A DNA stretch of 64,000 nt, from the IMG/VR virus record IMGVR_UViG_3300042473_001368; one strand, written 5' to 3'. Positions 21,272-31,497 of this stretch are shown piece after piece (position 1 is the stretch's first letter; every line of letters starts with the position of its first letter). Under the pieces are notes generated by a model. The model saw nothing but the letters and a program-made list of their open reading frames with translations. It ran no database searches and had not been told where the DNA came from. This DNA is from a virus. The position numbers were made by a program, and so were the translations under genes.

Positions 21272-23107
21272 TTAGACAGGAGATAGGGTATAAGGTGATG
21301 AACCATACATACTTCTACTTGTTTCAGTTCCAGTATCAAACTTATTACTTGATGATACATTAGTCGAACCTCCAGATGTATTATTAATTACAGTTGGCTT
21401 AGCCTTTTCTACAATGCCCAATTGCATTTTTGACGTTTTAAGCAACTCAGATAGTATCTGAGTCTGTTGAACTATAAGATTGTTCTGACTTGTTAGGTCA
21501 ATCGATGCATTCTGTGATTGTTCTTTTGCACCGCTTGTAGCTATTTTTTCTGCTTCCTTTGCTTTCAAACCCGCCTCTTTTGTAACAATGTCGCCTGCTG
21601 CTCTCGCTATACCTAATGCTTTTGGCTGTTCAGGTACAAAAGCTGGTGGTGGGGTTGTAAGCTGAGGGTCAGTAATAGTAGGTGTTGAAGGCTGAGGAGC
21701 TTGCTCTTTATTATCTGTTTTAGCGCCCTCTTTTTGAGTTTCACGTCTGACAAAATCCTTAGAGCTCATTTGCATATTACCCTCTAATGAAGTGAATGTA
21801 TCTGCTTGCTTATCATATCTCCACTTCTTACCAGTTTTATCGTTATAAAACTTCATTTTTGAAGGACCAGAATCAGCAGAGTTCCATAACTTGAGTTTTT
21901 CTTCTAGTGTATCTATTTTACCAGTCTTATCAGTATCATACTTCGCAGTCTTCTCTTGAGATTTCTCTTCAGCTACCTTTAAATTAGCTTCTGATTTAGC
22001 AGCAGCTCTTGACGACTCGATAAGATCATAAGTTGCAAGACCAATAGCTGAGCTGGTCTCAAGCGGAGATAGAACTGCTTTTCCTAAAGTGCCGAAAAAA
22101 TCTTTTTGGTAATCAAGTGATTCAGCTGTTGCTCTTAAATTCTCTCTACCTGCTTCTGTTGATAGTTTTGTTACTGCGGTAACTCCATCGATAGCTAGTG
22201 CTAATGGAGCCACAACCTTTCCTGCCACTTTACCGACAGTTCCGACTGCAGAGCCTACCTTACCTAACGCAGGCGCTATAGATCCAACAGCCGTACCTAT
22301 AGTACCTAAAGCAGCTGTAGCTTTTCCTGCGCCACCTACGCCTTTTGTAGCAGTTGATACCTTAGAACCTACATCTAGAACCTTACTTCCTATTGAACCA
22401 GCTTTTGTAGCAACTTTTGGAATTACTGTAGGTACCTTTGGTACAGTAGGTACAGATACCTTTGGCACTTTCGGCACTGCTACTTTAGGTACAGATACTT
22501 TAGGTACTTTTGGTACAGATACCTTTGGTGCTCTTGAAAATATCTTAGGCAAACGTATTTTACTTAGTTTTCTTCTTGCTAAGCGTGGAAGCGATCTTGG
22601 TGCTCTTCTTAGACGTCTTACTCCTCGCTTTGCTTTCTTAACCCCATCCTTCGCAGAATCAAAAGTATCTTTTAAAGAATCAAAAGTATCTTTAATACCC
22701 ATAATACTGTCAAGTAATCCACCTCCATCTTCAGAATCACTATCTTTTTTACCCTTAACTCTAGTACCTGAAAACGATTGTTTTCCAGGCATACCAAATT
22801 CTGATTGACGTATTAACGCCTTCTCCTTTTTATCAACTTTCTTTGTTAGATTGAAATTATACTGAGCTTTTGCTAAGATAGTACCTATTTCATAAACCCT
22901 TGATCGTTCATTACTGCTTAACCGTGGATTGACAGATCTCTCACCTATCCCAAGGGTAGAACCTGGTCCAGGTATAACATTTTTTTCTGCTAACTGTTTT
23001 GAGCTACTATCCTGAGGTTGAGTACTATCACTTAATCCTTCTAACCGTGTAGTAAAGAATTGAACGATTTCAGCTAGTGTTTTGACATTAGATGTGTCTT
23101 TATTCAC
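21272..23107 (-). CDS. Probable tape-measure/hub protein (gp29-like) with VPKV repeats
   Basis: 611 aa; G/A/K/V-rich helical middle; VINNTSGGSTNVSS C-terminus; adjacent to gp26-like genes. Confidence 0.5.
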   Translation of the reverse strand: MNKDTSNVKTLAEIVQFFTTRLEGLSDSTQPQDSSSKQLAEKNVIPGPGSTLGIGERSVNPRLSSNERSRVYEIGTILAKAQYNFNLTKKVDKKEKALIRQSEFGMPGKQSFSGTRVKGKKDSDSEDGGGLLDSIMGIKDTFDSLKDTFDSAKDGVKKAKRGVRRLRRAPRSLPRLARRKLSKIRLPKIFSRAPKVSVPKVPKVSVPKVAVPKVPKVSVPTVPKVPTVIPKVATKAGSIGSKVLDVGSKVSTATKGVGGAGKATAALGTIGTAVGSIAPALGKVGSAVGTVGKVAGKVVAPLALAIDGVTAVTKLSTEAGRENLRATAESLDYQKDFFGTLGKAVLSPLETSSAIGLATYDLIESSRAAAKSEANLKVAEEKSQEKTAKYDTDKTGKIDTLEEKLKLWNSADSGPSKMKFYNDKTGKKWRYDKQADTFTSLEGNMQMSSKDFVRRETQKEGAKTDNKEQAPQPSTPTITDPQLTTPPPAFVPEQPKALGIARAAGDIVTKEAGLKAKEAEKIATSGAKEQSQNASIDLTSQNNLIVQQTQILSELLKTSKMQLGIVEKAKPTVINNTSGGSTNVSSSNKFDTGTETSRSMYGSSPYTLSPV

Positions 23108-23118
23108 ATCTTTATTTA

Positions 23119-23814
23119 TTATACGCTAAAGAATTCGCGATCAATAACCAATACACGTTCATCTACAGTTAACAGACTGAGCTCATTTTCTTTAAATTCC
23201 TCAATATAACTTACTACTCCCTTAGTACACATGATAGGTAGCTTATCAAATAGCTCAAGTCTATCAGCTATAGTAAGGTCGCTCAATACTAATACTGTAT
23301 CATCTATAGTTAGTGACTTAATATATTTGAGTACCTCCACTGAATAAATGAGACGAGTGTTATACTCTTCATCTCTTGTTAGATTAGCTTTCAGGTAATC
23401 AAGTAAGACAATTTCATCTTTAAGATATGGCATCTCAATGGAGATTGATAGGTTACCAGTCTTAACATCTTTAATAAGTTCGACACCGTTAGTCCATTTC
23501 GAGTCTGATGTTAGTTCAGATAAGTCAACATCACCAAAGTAATTATCTATAGATATATTACGTAATTTAATTGCGAGGTATGCTCTGTCACATAAGCGAG
23601 CGTCTGAAACTTCTTCAGTAATTATCTCATTAAGAGTCTTTGTGAAACCTATTAACTCATACTCATCTGTAACGCCTTCTGTTAAAAGTTTTTTTTGTTG
23701 GATTATGTTCAGAGGAGTTATATTTACTTCTTTGCCTGATGAAGGAAGTTTGACAGAGGCTGCTGGAGGAGTAAGTGTTGCGACTTTATCAAGAAACGAT
23801 TGGAGATCTACCAT
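23119..23814 (-). CDS. gp26: Baseplate hub assembly protein gp26-like
   Basis: VKLPSSGKEVNITPL..QQKKLL, CDRAYLAIKLR..SI. Confidence 0.7.
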   Translation of the reverse strand: MVDLQSFLDKVATLTPPAASVKLPSSGKEVNITPLNIIQQKKLLTEGVTDEYELIGFTKTLNEIITEEVSDARLCDRAYLAIKLRNISIDNYFGDVDLSELTSDSKWTNGVELIKDVKTGNLSISIEMPYLKDEIVLLDYLKANLTRDEEYNTRLIYSVEVLKYIKSLTIDDTVLVLSDLTIADRLELFDKLPIMCTKGVVSYIEEFKENELSLLTVDERVLVIDREFFSV

Positions 23815-23823
23815 ACAGACTAT

Positions 23824-24591
23824 TTATATTGTTTGAGACGAATGGCTATCTGTACTATAGATTTCATCTACATAATATTCAATATCCGACATTGTAGATT
23901 TATAAAGTATATCAGAACTGATTCGCTTTGAAAGGTACAGTAGTACCTCTCTACAGTAATGTAGATCGTATATACTGTACAGATTTTTTATTAACTCGTA
24001 TGGTTCTGATGTAAGAAAATCAATTGAGATGCGTATATTTCTTTTTGGTGACTCGAATAACACGTATTCCCATTGAATACTCTTGTAGAACTCTCTTACT
24101 AGTTTAAACGTTGATGGAGGCAATTTAGATACTATAGACAGTTGATCAGACTTTGGTAGAGTATCAAAGCAAATAACATTATCTTGTATATCTATAGTCT
24201 TAATTGTTTCTATAAATGTATCATCATTACTATCTCTTATTAATGTCCTTGGAAGTGTGAATGTTATAGAAAGCAATCCATCTGTAATAGTTTTGTCTAC
24301 ACGACTTACGCCGTCAAAGCATTTGAATAAGTTTGACATATTTAAATCGATATACTTATCGTTATCTTTTATACGAACTTTCTCACTAAGCCATAACTGA
24401 CGAGCTTTTAACAATACAAAAAATTTATCTACAATACAGAGAGGTTCTATCTCGAAATGATCAATAAGATACTTAAACAGACTCTCATCATCATTTTCAT
24501 AAGAGAGTCTTGCAATATCTATTACATTGTTAAACAAGAATGGTTTAACAGTAAACGGCTTTTTTGATATAGGTAGATGTATAGTGAACAT
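23824..24591 (-). CDS. Second gp26/gp51-like baseplate hub assembly protein
   Basis: IHLPISKKPFTVKPF N-terminus like gp26; tandem paralog. Confidence 0.55.
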   Translation of the reverse strand: MFTIHLPISKKPFTVKPFLFNNVIDIARLSYENDDESLFKYLIDHFEIEPLCIVDKFFVLLKARQLWLSEKVRIKDNDKYIDLNMSNLFKCFDGVSRVDKTITDGLLSITFTLPRTLIRDSNDDTFIETIKTIDIQDNVICFDTLPKSDQLSIVSKLPPSTFKLVREFYKSIQWEYVLFESPKRNIRISIDFLTSEPYELIKNLYSIYDLHYCREVLLYLSKRISSDILYKSTMSDIEYYVDEIYSTDSHSSQTI

Positions 24592-24593
24592 TA

Positions 24594-25262
24594 TTATGCA
24601 ATATTTCCAGTATCATTAATTATATCACCTGTAAAATAACCTTGTGTTTCGAGAGGGTATTTAACCTTATAGTTTGTATAGCCAAATGTAATGGTCTTAA
24701 CACTGAATTCGTCACCTGTATAGTTTAGTGTTACACCTTCAGCGTTAGTAGGAAACGCACCATAGAATGTATATTCTTTACGCATTTTCATTTTTCTATC
24801 ATACTGCGTGAGTGTTATAGTAGATCTCAATTTACCGCCCAACAAACCATCAATGCCTAGTGCAATAATCCATGGTCTAAAGAGCATTGCCTCTATATCT
24901 GCATTAGTTTCTAGAAAATTAATAGAAACATTTCGCTGTAAGAAATCAACACGTTGTGATACGCCTTGCCCAGGCATAAATGCACCTCTGCTACTATCTA
25001 CACCGATAGATACAGCTTCTATTTGCTCTCCCGGTATAGTAAAATCTTGAGCTACAAATATATTGTTATTATTCGTATCAGTCCAATCTAGAGGAGATTT
25101 GGCTACCCACGCTCCGTAGTCTGCTTTACTTAATGTTGAATTTATATTATCTGCTAACCCTTGAGGTTCATCGACAGTTACAGTCCATAAAAACGGTAAT
25201 GGTATTGAAAATTTATCAAATGTAGAAAATACCGTTAAAAACGATGGAACTATGTTACTCAT
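24594..25262 (-). CDS. Tail tube-like protein (gp19/gp54 paralog)
   Basis: YTFYGAFPTN...LNY....FSVKTITFGY tube-fold motif. Confidence 0.7.
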   Translation of the reverse strand: MSNIVPSFLTVFSTFDKFSIPLPFLWTVTVDEPQGLADNINSTLSKADYGAWVAKSPLDWTDTNNNNIFVAQDFTIPGEQIEAVSIGVDSSRGAFMPGQGVSQRVDFLQRNVSINFLETNADIEAMLFRPWIIALGIDGLLGGKLRSTITLTQYDRKMKMRKEYTFYGAFPTNAEGVTLNYTGDEFSVKTITFGYTNYKVKYPLETQGYFTGDIINDTGNIA

Positions 25263-25276
25263 ACAGTTATTTATAC

Positions 25277-25307
25277 AAAAAAAGCGCTACGTAAACCGTA
25301 GCGCTTT
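25277..25307 (-). terminator. Intrinsic terminator after tail tube gene
   Basis: 10-bp stem AAAGCGCTAC/GTAGCGCTTT with U-tract on minus strand. Confidence 0.8.
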
Positions 25308-25327
25308 GAATATTAGTGCTTATTAGA

Positions 25328-25867
25328 TTAAGCACTAAAGTCTTGATAGAAGTGGTAGGAGAAAGTAACTGGGAAGTTAAGTATTTCACCTGTACCATCA
25401 GCGATCTCATGTGAAATCTCTCCGATATTTCTTATAGAAGCACCAACGAGGGTAATGGTTGATATTTCTTCTAGATCTTTATTAAGCACAGAAAGAGTGA
25501 TTGTGTCACCTGTCCCTGGCATATAGTAGTCACCTGTTGAAGTATCATTGTTAAATACAGCGCGCGATGCTTGTTCGAAACGCTTTCTCAAGTCAATATT
25601 CTCTTCGTGGTAGAAGTTAATTGAATAGCCTTCAGAATTATCATAAGATGATTTTCCTGGAACGTTAAACTGTTGACCAAAGTAGTTAACAGCTTTATTT
25701 TCAATTGTTCTACCTGGAAGAGCTGCAGATCTTGCATACACAAGATCTGACTCACCGTTAAAAACAGCATTACCTGCAAGATTAATTTGTTTGACTCTAA
25801 ACAAGAAGTCTCTTGCAAATTGTCTTCTTTGTGCTTGCTGGAAGAATGTTTGGATTGTAGTTGCCAT
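25328..25867 (-). CDS. gp19: Tail tube protein (gp19-like)
   Basis: RSAALPGRTIENKAVNYFGQQFNVPG...EILNFPVTFSY; follows sheath. Confidence 0.85.
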   Translation of the reverse strand: MATTIQTFFQQAQRRQFARDFLFRVKQINLAGNAVFNGESDLVYARSAALPGRTIENKAVNYFGQQFNVPGKSSYDNSEGYSINFYHEENIDLRKRFEQASRAVFNNDTSTGDYYMPGTGDTITLSVLNKDLEEISTITLVGASIRNIGEISHEIADGTGEILNFPVTFSYHFYQDFSA

Positions 25868-25893
25868 ATATTATTATTTATGAGTTAGTTAGA

Positions 25894-28194
25894 TTAGCCA
25901 CCGATAATTTCACGGAAGTTGGTATCAGTTCTAGTTGCGACAAAGTTAAGAAGAATAAACTCACTTGCGCGTACAGGCTTGATGTAGAAGTCAACTACCA
26001 GTTCGTTATTATCAATAACTTGTGGTGTATTGTTTCTTTCATCGCACACAATCAAGTAATCATATACCCCTTCTGTGTTCTTAGCTCTATCAAAGATAGG
26101 TACAAGAGCATTAACAAGTCGCGTACGAGTAAATGTTGTGTTTGGTTCAAATACGAAGAACTGTGATAGTTTCTTAGAAGGTCTTTCGAGAGCTAAGAAC
26201 AATCTACGAACATTAATTCTGTCAAATGCACTAGGCTTACGGCTAAGTGTCTTTTGACCGTAGATAACATTGCCCTGAGCAGGGAAGAATGTTACTGGGT
26301 TAAGATTTACTTTGTAAAGCTCATCACGTTGTTTCTGATTTGGTGTTGAAGCAAGCTCAAGAGCATTTGTTACAAGACCATTTGTGAAACCAGCAGGTGC
26401 AATCCATGGATATCTAGCAGCGTCGTTTCTAGCTATTGCTGCAGCAGCAAAACCAGAGAATGGAGCCCATACTTGTTGGCCAGAGTATGAATCATATACT
26501 TTCGACCAGTTTGCATAAGCAGCAGCATATGATGTATTAGCTGTGCTGAACAAGTGTCTAAGTGCCCAGTAAATGTCTCTTTGATAGATTGAATTCTTAT
26601 TAGCTGCAATCTTGTTGTTTGTACCAGTTACGAAGATATGACGTAGTGGGTCAGCAACAAACATACAGTCACCACGACCACCGCCGATATAACCAGGTGA
26701 GCAGAAGTTTGCAAACTTGTTAAAGATTGTCATGTAGTTGTTACGAAGTGTAACACCATCGTTGCTCGGCGTACCTGTTGTTCTTAGACCAGATACTTGA
26801 GTTGATAGATTGCTGTTATAGTTAGTCTCGTCGTAGTATGCAGTTTGAGCACCAGAAGCAGCAGCGTAAATTGTACCTAGACCAGCTTCAACAACAAGAT
26901 CTAATTCATAGATATCGTCGTTGCGAACCGAATCAAGTGCACGGTCAAGCTTAGTTGGAATATCTCCAAGATCTTTTGTATTAGCTGCAACACCTGTATA
27001 AGCACCTAGAGGGTAAAGGTTATCAGCAAAACCTAGAGTAGCAACAAGCGAGTTAAGTGTACTTGTCGATACGCCTGAAGTTGTTTGATTATTGTTATCG
27101 ATAAGAGACTTAGTTAACACGCGAACCTTCTTAAGCGGAACACCATCTACACCAATCGAAGATGTACTAAGTCTGTTAGAGATAAAATCATTAACAAGAA
27201 CTGTAGTGTTACGTGAGTTTTCATCAGTGCTTTCTAGGAAATAACTAATAGCAGGACCGCCTTTTTCGTCATTGATAGTTTTGAAATAATCAATCGAACC
27301 AACTACTTTTTCGTCGAGAACATAATCAAGCTTGAATGCTTCAGTTGAGAAAAGCGATTTACGAAGCTTAAACACACCGATATTAAGTAAATCAGCATCT
27401 TGAGTTTCGCTTGGTTGATAATCAGTAAGATTCTCCATCACTTGCGAAATACTGTTCGAAGCACCATTAACTGCTGCAGTAAGTTGGAACTGAAGTGTAC
27501 CAGTTGGAACAGGAATGTATGTTGCTGTAGAAGTTAAGCTCGAGTTGAGTGTGTTAACACCTGTAATACTATTAAATGCCGTACCAGGGTTAAGATTGAA
27601 GTTATCACCAATACCGATATAGTAACCTTCGAACTGATCGTTAATCGCTGTTTGTGATTTATTGAGAACAACGACACCAGCTTTTCCAAGGTCGCCAAGA
27701 GTGCTAAAAGATGTGCTAGCAGAAGCAGACCATGTAAACGCAGATCCTTCAATAATTGACTGATACTGTGTGTCAGTAAGTTCCATGTGTGTAGGTGAAC
27801 CTAAGACATATGTACCTGCAGAAACGTTAAGCGTATTGGATGTAGCACTAGTAGAAGATGTAACAGTAGAAACTGGATATACAAGAGCGGAATACTTTGT
27901 TGTAAATCCGCTACCACTTCCAAGGCCATATGGCAATCTTGATGTATAAATGTTTGCTGGAGAGTTAAGAAGCTCTCTCACTGTGTGATAGAAGTATCTT
28001 TCTGCTGAGTTAGTAGGAGTACCGTAGATTAGCTCAAGTTCATCACGTGTTGTGATCTTAAGCACTTCATCTGATGGACCTTGATTTGCAAAGCCTGTTA
28101 CGAATACTGTTGTTCCAACATTGTTTGGAGCTACGAGTGATAAATCGCGCTCGCGAACTTCCACACCTGGTGACAAAATTGTTCTTGTTGACAT
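25894..28194 (-). CDS. gp18: Tail sheath protein (gp18-like)
   Basis: LSPGVEVRERDLS, WIAPAG, GQKTL...SAFDRINVRRLF, FEPN..FTR, FYIKP. Confidence 0.97.
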   Translation of the reverse strand: MSTRTILSPGVEVRERDLSLVAPNNVGTTVFVTGFANQGPSDEVLKITTRDELELIYGTPTNSAERYFYHTVRELLNSPANIYTSRLPYGLGSGSGFTTKYSALVYPVSTVTSSTSATSNTLNVSAGTYVLGSPTHMELTDTQYQSIIEGSAFTWSASASTSFSTLGDLGKAGVVVLNKSQTAINDQFEGYYIGIGDNFNLNPGTAFNSITGVNTLNSSLTSTATYIPVPTGTLQFQLTAAVNGASNSISQVMENLTDYQPSETQDADLLNIGVFKLRKSLFSTEAFKLDYVLDEKVVGSIDYFKTINDEKGGPAISYFLESTDENSRNTTVLVNDFISNRLSTSSIGVDGVPLKKVRVLTKSLIDNNNQTTSGVSTSTLNSLVATLGFADNLYPLGAYTGVAANTKDLGDIPTKLDRALDSVRNDDIYELDLVVEAGLGTIYAAASGAQTAYYDETNYNSNLSTQVSGLRTTGTPSNDGVTLRNNYMTIFNKFANFCSPGYIGGGRGDCMFVADPLRHIFVTGTNNKIAANKNSIYQRDIYWALRHLFSTANTSYAAAYANWSKVYDSYSGQQVWAPFSGFAAAAIARNDAARYPWIAPAGFTNGLVTNALELASTPNQKQRDELYKVNLNPVTFFPAQGNVIYGQKTLSRKPSAFDRINVRRLFLALERPSKKLSQFFVFEPNTTFTRTRLVNALVPIFDRAKNTEGVYDYLIVCDERNNTPQVIDNNELVVDFYIKPVRASEFILLNFVATRTDTNFREIIGG

Positions 28195-28201
28195 ATATGA
28201 T

Positions 28202-28208
28202 TATTTAT
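28202..28208 (-). promoter_or_regulatory. T4-type late promoter of sheath gene (representative of many)
   Basis: ATAAATA on minus strand; same motif at 6648, 13515, 15823, 23113, 23821, 25268, 25875, 28817, 36798, 50774, 61511. Confidence 0.8.
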
Positions 28209-28228
28209 ACGTCTTCAGATTTTTTTTG

Positions 28229-28810
28229 TCAGAACGCTAGCTTTTCAACATGCATCTGAGAATATACAAAGGTAAATCCACTAGTAATTTCACCAGATTC
28301 TTGATAATTGTAATCGATAGTATTAATTGATGTAGGAAACGCTTTTGTATACTTAAAAGCAATTTTTTTATTGTTGTATTCATCAAGACCATAAATGGTC
28401 ATATCAGTTTGATAATCACTAAAATTAGAATCAATTTGAATATTTTGAGCATTATATCTGCCCTCTGTTTGATCGTGAAGTAGGTTTAACCACTGATATA
28501 TCACCCAATAGTTATTGTATTCATTATCTATGTTAAATTTTACATTAACAGGCGGATATGAGTTTTTAGAATGTGAAGAAACATACAGTGTATTACCTGC
28601 ATATCTATTCTCAATTGCAGGTACAGTTATCTCAGGTACCATGCTACCAAATATCGAGAACTGAACAGCATCTGGTTTAACAGACCTACCATCTTCCTCG
28701 CTTCTTAGTGTATTTGAGAATGTCTTTAAGATTGGAGGTAAATCGAACACAAGTAGAAACTTATCAACTCGCGACTTATTTAAAATTGATTGTGGTAGTG
28801 TATTGACCAT
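28229..28810 (-). CDS. gp3: Tail tube terminator/completion protein (gp3-like)
   Basis: VPEITVP...VNVKFNIDNEYNNYWVIYQWL...FKYTKAFPTSI. Confidence 0.7.
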   Translation of the reverse strand: MVNTLPQSILNKSRVDKFLLVFDLPPILKTFSNTLRSEEDGRSVKPDAVQFSIFGSMVPEITVPAIENRYAGNTLYVSSHSKNSYPPVNVKFNIDNEYNNYWVIYQWLNLLHDQTEGRYNAQNIQIDSNFSDYQTDMTIYGLDEYNNKKIAFKYTKAFPTSINTIDYNYQESGEITSGFTFVYSQMHVEKLAF

Positions 28811-28819
28811 TGCTATTAT

Positions 28820-30520
28820 TTATAGTGACATCCATCCCTCTTGTTGTAACCATTCAATTTCGGCTAATTGCTCAGAATCTCCCATACCGAATACAACAGG
28901 TGATAAGAATGCGTTATTTTCTCCAATTACTTCAAAATCGTTATAAATTGAAGTAGGGTCTTCAAAAAGAGCCACACCATAATCAATAGGAGTAATCATA
29001 GCAGGTTTACCGTGTTCATCAACTTCAACAATGTCAAAGTATCTTTCGGTTATTTCTTTTTCAAGAACAAACAGTGCCCATAAGCATGACATAACTCTAT
29101 CATCATTATATCCTGATTTAGCCTTCCATATACCATTAGGGTGTCTGACAAAGTCCTTAAATTCCTTGAGTGTATCGATATCGCGGAATGTTACAGTTCT
29201 TAGCTCGTTTACAAAGTACCTCATGTTACGTACACCAGCACCCTTTGTATTAGTATGAGCTATCATACCCATCTGTGGCTTAGCTCTACCAGCTACTTTA
29301 GCTCCATATGATACAACCTTTGTATATCCAAGATCAAAAGCAAGTCTATCAACAACTTGAGCTCCGCAATTGTTTCGCTCGATGAGAGCAAGAGGCGACC
29401 CCCAGTTTTTGAGAATAGTATGAAGCTTATTAGAGAATTCGAGAGGTGGTATATGCCTATTATGATACACTGCTACTTGTGTAATATCTCTAAGATCTGT
29501 TATGTCAAATATCTGAATGACACTAGCATCAAGACCGACTCCTTCAGATATATCGACACCTGCAACATATACTTTTTCTGGATTCGGCTCTTCCCAGAGT
29601 TTGTAATTGCCTTCATCTAATATAATAGGCGCAGGCGTACATCTCTGTGACATATCAAGGAATAGCTCTTGGTCGATAGATGATTCACCAGTAGATAGGA
29701 ATTGACACTCAAACTCCTGCAACCAGTCTTCTGATGAACCAAGAGTTTTTCTTGTTGTCTCTGCCCACTTCTCATCTCGACCTGGTACTTCATGCCATAG
29801 AATCTTATCATGAGCCCATCCATTTTCTTCCTTCTCAGCACCATCATACAATTTATAAAACAAGTTATCTGTACCATTAGCCGTAGAGCACACGAATATC
29901 TTAGATTTTTTCGATGATGAAATAATAGGAAAAACAGATTTCCAGAACTCATCCATCAAGTGAGGCTCAATGTGACCCATCTCGTCAATAACAACAACGT
30001 TCACGGATTGACCCCTCGCTGCTGACCCTGTTGTAGTTGATATACCTATTCTACTACCATTATCTAGTGTCATCGATGTCTTACCATATTCTTTAACACC
30101 TGGCTTTAGCCACACTGGTAATTCTTCAAACGCTAATCGTACACGTTGAAAGATTTCTATCGCAGTAGCCTCTTTGTTAGCTACAAGTAGAATACGCTGG
30201 TCGTCATTAAAGCATGCTTGCCATAAAACATAGATTGTCATCATCGTTGATTTACCAATCTGTCTTGATGCTAACAAGATGAAGAATCTATTGTCTCTCA
30301 TCTTGCGTATAGCTCTCTTCTGACACGAATGCAATTTAATCTTCTCACGACCCCTATCTAGATTAATAATAAAGAAGAAGTTTTCAGCAAAGTAGAGAAT
30401 GTTTTCTCTAGCTTTTCTGAGCTCTTTTATCATCCATGGTTCGTACTCAAGTACCGTGTTAGCTGCTGGTAGGTTAGGATTTCCTAGATAGTATTCTGTT
30501 TTATCTGACTTTTTGGCCAT
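28820..30520 (-). CDS. gp17: Terminase large subunit (gp17-like)
   Basis: ASRQIGKST Walker A, VVIDE Walker B, STANG, QEFEC, VAGVD, DDRVMS. Confidence 0.97.
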   Translation of the reverse strand: MAKKSDKTEYYLGNPNLPAANTVLEYEPWMIKELRKARENILYFAENFFFIINLDRGREKIKLHSCQKRAIRKMRDNRFFILLASRQIGKSTMMTIYVLWQACFNDDQRILLVANKEATAIEIFQRVRLAFEELPVWLKPGVKEYGKTSMTLDNGSRIGISTTTGSAARGQSVNVVVIDEMGHIEPHLMDEFWKSVFPIISSSKKSKIFVCSTANGTDNLFYKLYDGAEKEENGWAHDKILWHEVPGRDEKWAETTRKTLGSSEDWLQEFECQFLSTGESSIDQELFLDMSQRCTPAPIILDEGNYKLWEEPNPEKVYVAGVDISEGVGLDASVIQIFDITDLRDITQVAVYHNRHIPPLEFSNKLHTILKNWGSPLALIERNNCGAQVVDRLAFDLGYTKVVSYGAKVAGRAKPQMGMIAHTNTKGAGVRNMRYFVNELRTVTFRDIDTLKEFKDFVRHPNGIWKAKSGYNDDRVMSCLWALFVLEKEITERYFDIVEVDEHGKPAMITPIDYGVALFEDPTSIYNDFEVIGENNAFLSPVVFGMGDSEQLAEIEWLQQEGWMSL

Positions 30521-30537
30521 ATAGTATAAATATACTT

Positions 30538-31425
30538 ATGTCAAAAAGAGACTTTTTTAAACTTGGTGAAATATATAGTAACCAGCTCAACAATATTAAA
30601 CACAAAATTGTAACTGAGCAAAAGCATCAGGGCAAAGTGAAACCTGGAGAAATCGGTGAAGCTCCTCTTATTAAAGGTGGTCCAGATTCTACAGAAGGAT
30701 ATGTTAAGGATCTCATTGATAAGAAGAACAAGAAGATCAAAGATGATAACCTTTATGATATCAACAATTTGTCACAAGATGAAACATCTGAAGAGACAGA
30801 AAAAGAAGCTAAGTCGAAGAAATTGACAACAGAATCACAAAAAATAGCGAGAAGAAGTATAAATAAATTTATGAGAAAAAAATCTTTGTTTGATAGACTC
30901 TACGAAAATGTTATGACCCCAGGTGCACCTGCTCCTGATATGGGTGGTGAAATGGATCAAGAACAAGAACTTGACGCTCTTGGCATTGAAGACGAAGGTC
31001 TTGAAGATGACCTAGGCGGCGAAGGTGATGAAGTTACATTCACTCTTGATCGCGCTACAGCACAAAAACTTCACGAAGTTCTTATGAGCGTTCTTGAAGG
31101 TGGCGAAGAAGACCTTGGTGACGAGGGTGACTTCGACATGGGCGACGAAAATGCAGATGACGACTTCGGTGGCGATGACTTCGGCGATGAAGACGAAGAA
31201 GAACTCGGTCACACTCTTGTCAATGCTAAACAAGTTGACATGGGTAAGAACAACAAAGTTGGTAACCTCAAAGTTAAATCAGGCGGTGCTAGCTCAGCAT
31301 ACACAAACAAAGTAGGTGACGATGGCGATCATGGTCATGCTCTTGTTAATGCTAAGCAACCAGATATGGGCAAAAATAACAAAGTTGGCAAGCTTAAAAC
31401 TGGCACATCTTTGTTTGAACAATAA
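30538..31425 (+). CDS. Acidic late protein, possible prohead core/scaffold
   Basis: TATAAATA at 30525-30532; D/E-rich; duplicated GH.LVNAKQ.DMGKNNKVG.LK motif. Confidence 0.55.
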   Translation: MSKRDFFKLGEIYSNQLNNIKHKIVTEQKHQGKVKPGEIGEAPLIKGGPDSTEGYVKDLIDKKNKKIKDDNLYDINNLSQDETSEETEKEAKSKKLTTESQKIARRSINKFMRKKSLFDRLYENVMTPGAPAPDMGGEMDQEQELDALGIEDEGLEDDLGGEGDEVTFTLDRATAQKLHEVLMSVLEGGEEDLGDEGDFDMGDENADDDFGGDDFGDEDEEELGHTLVNAKQVDMGKNNKVGNLKVKSGGASSAYTNKVGDDGDHGHALVNAKQPDMGKNNKVGKLKTGTSLFEQ

Positions 31426-31451
31426 TTCTTAATTAAGACAAGGAATTGAGA

Positions 31452-31483
31452 GCGGGCTTAGTTGAAAGACTAAGCCCGTTTTT
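31452..31483 (+). terminator. Intrinsic terminator
   Basis: GCGGGCTTAGT-TGAAAG-ACTAAGCCCGT followed by T-tract. Confidence 0.8.
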
Positions 31484-31497
31484 GTATAAATAACAGT

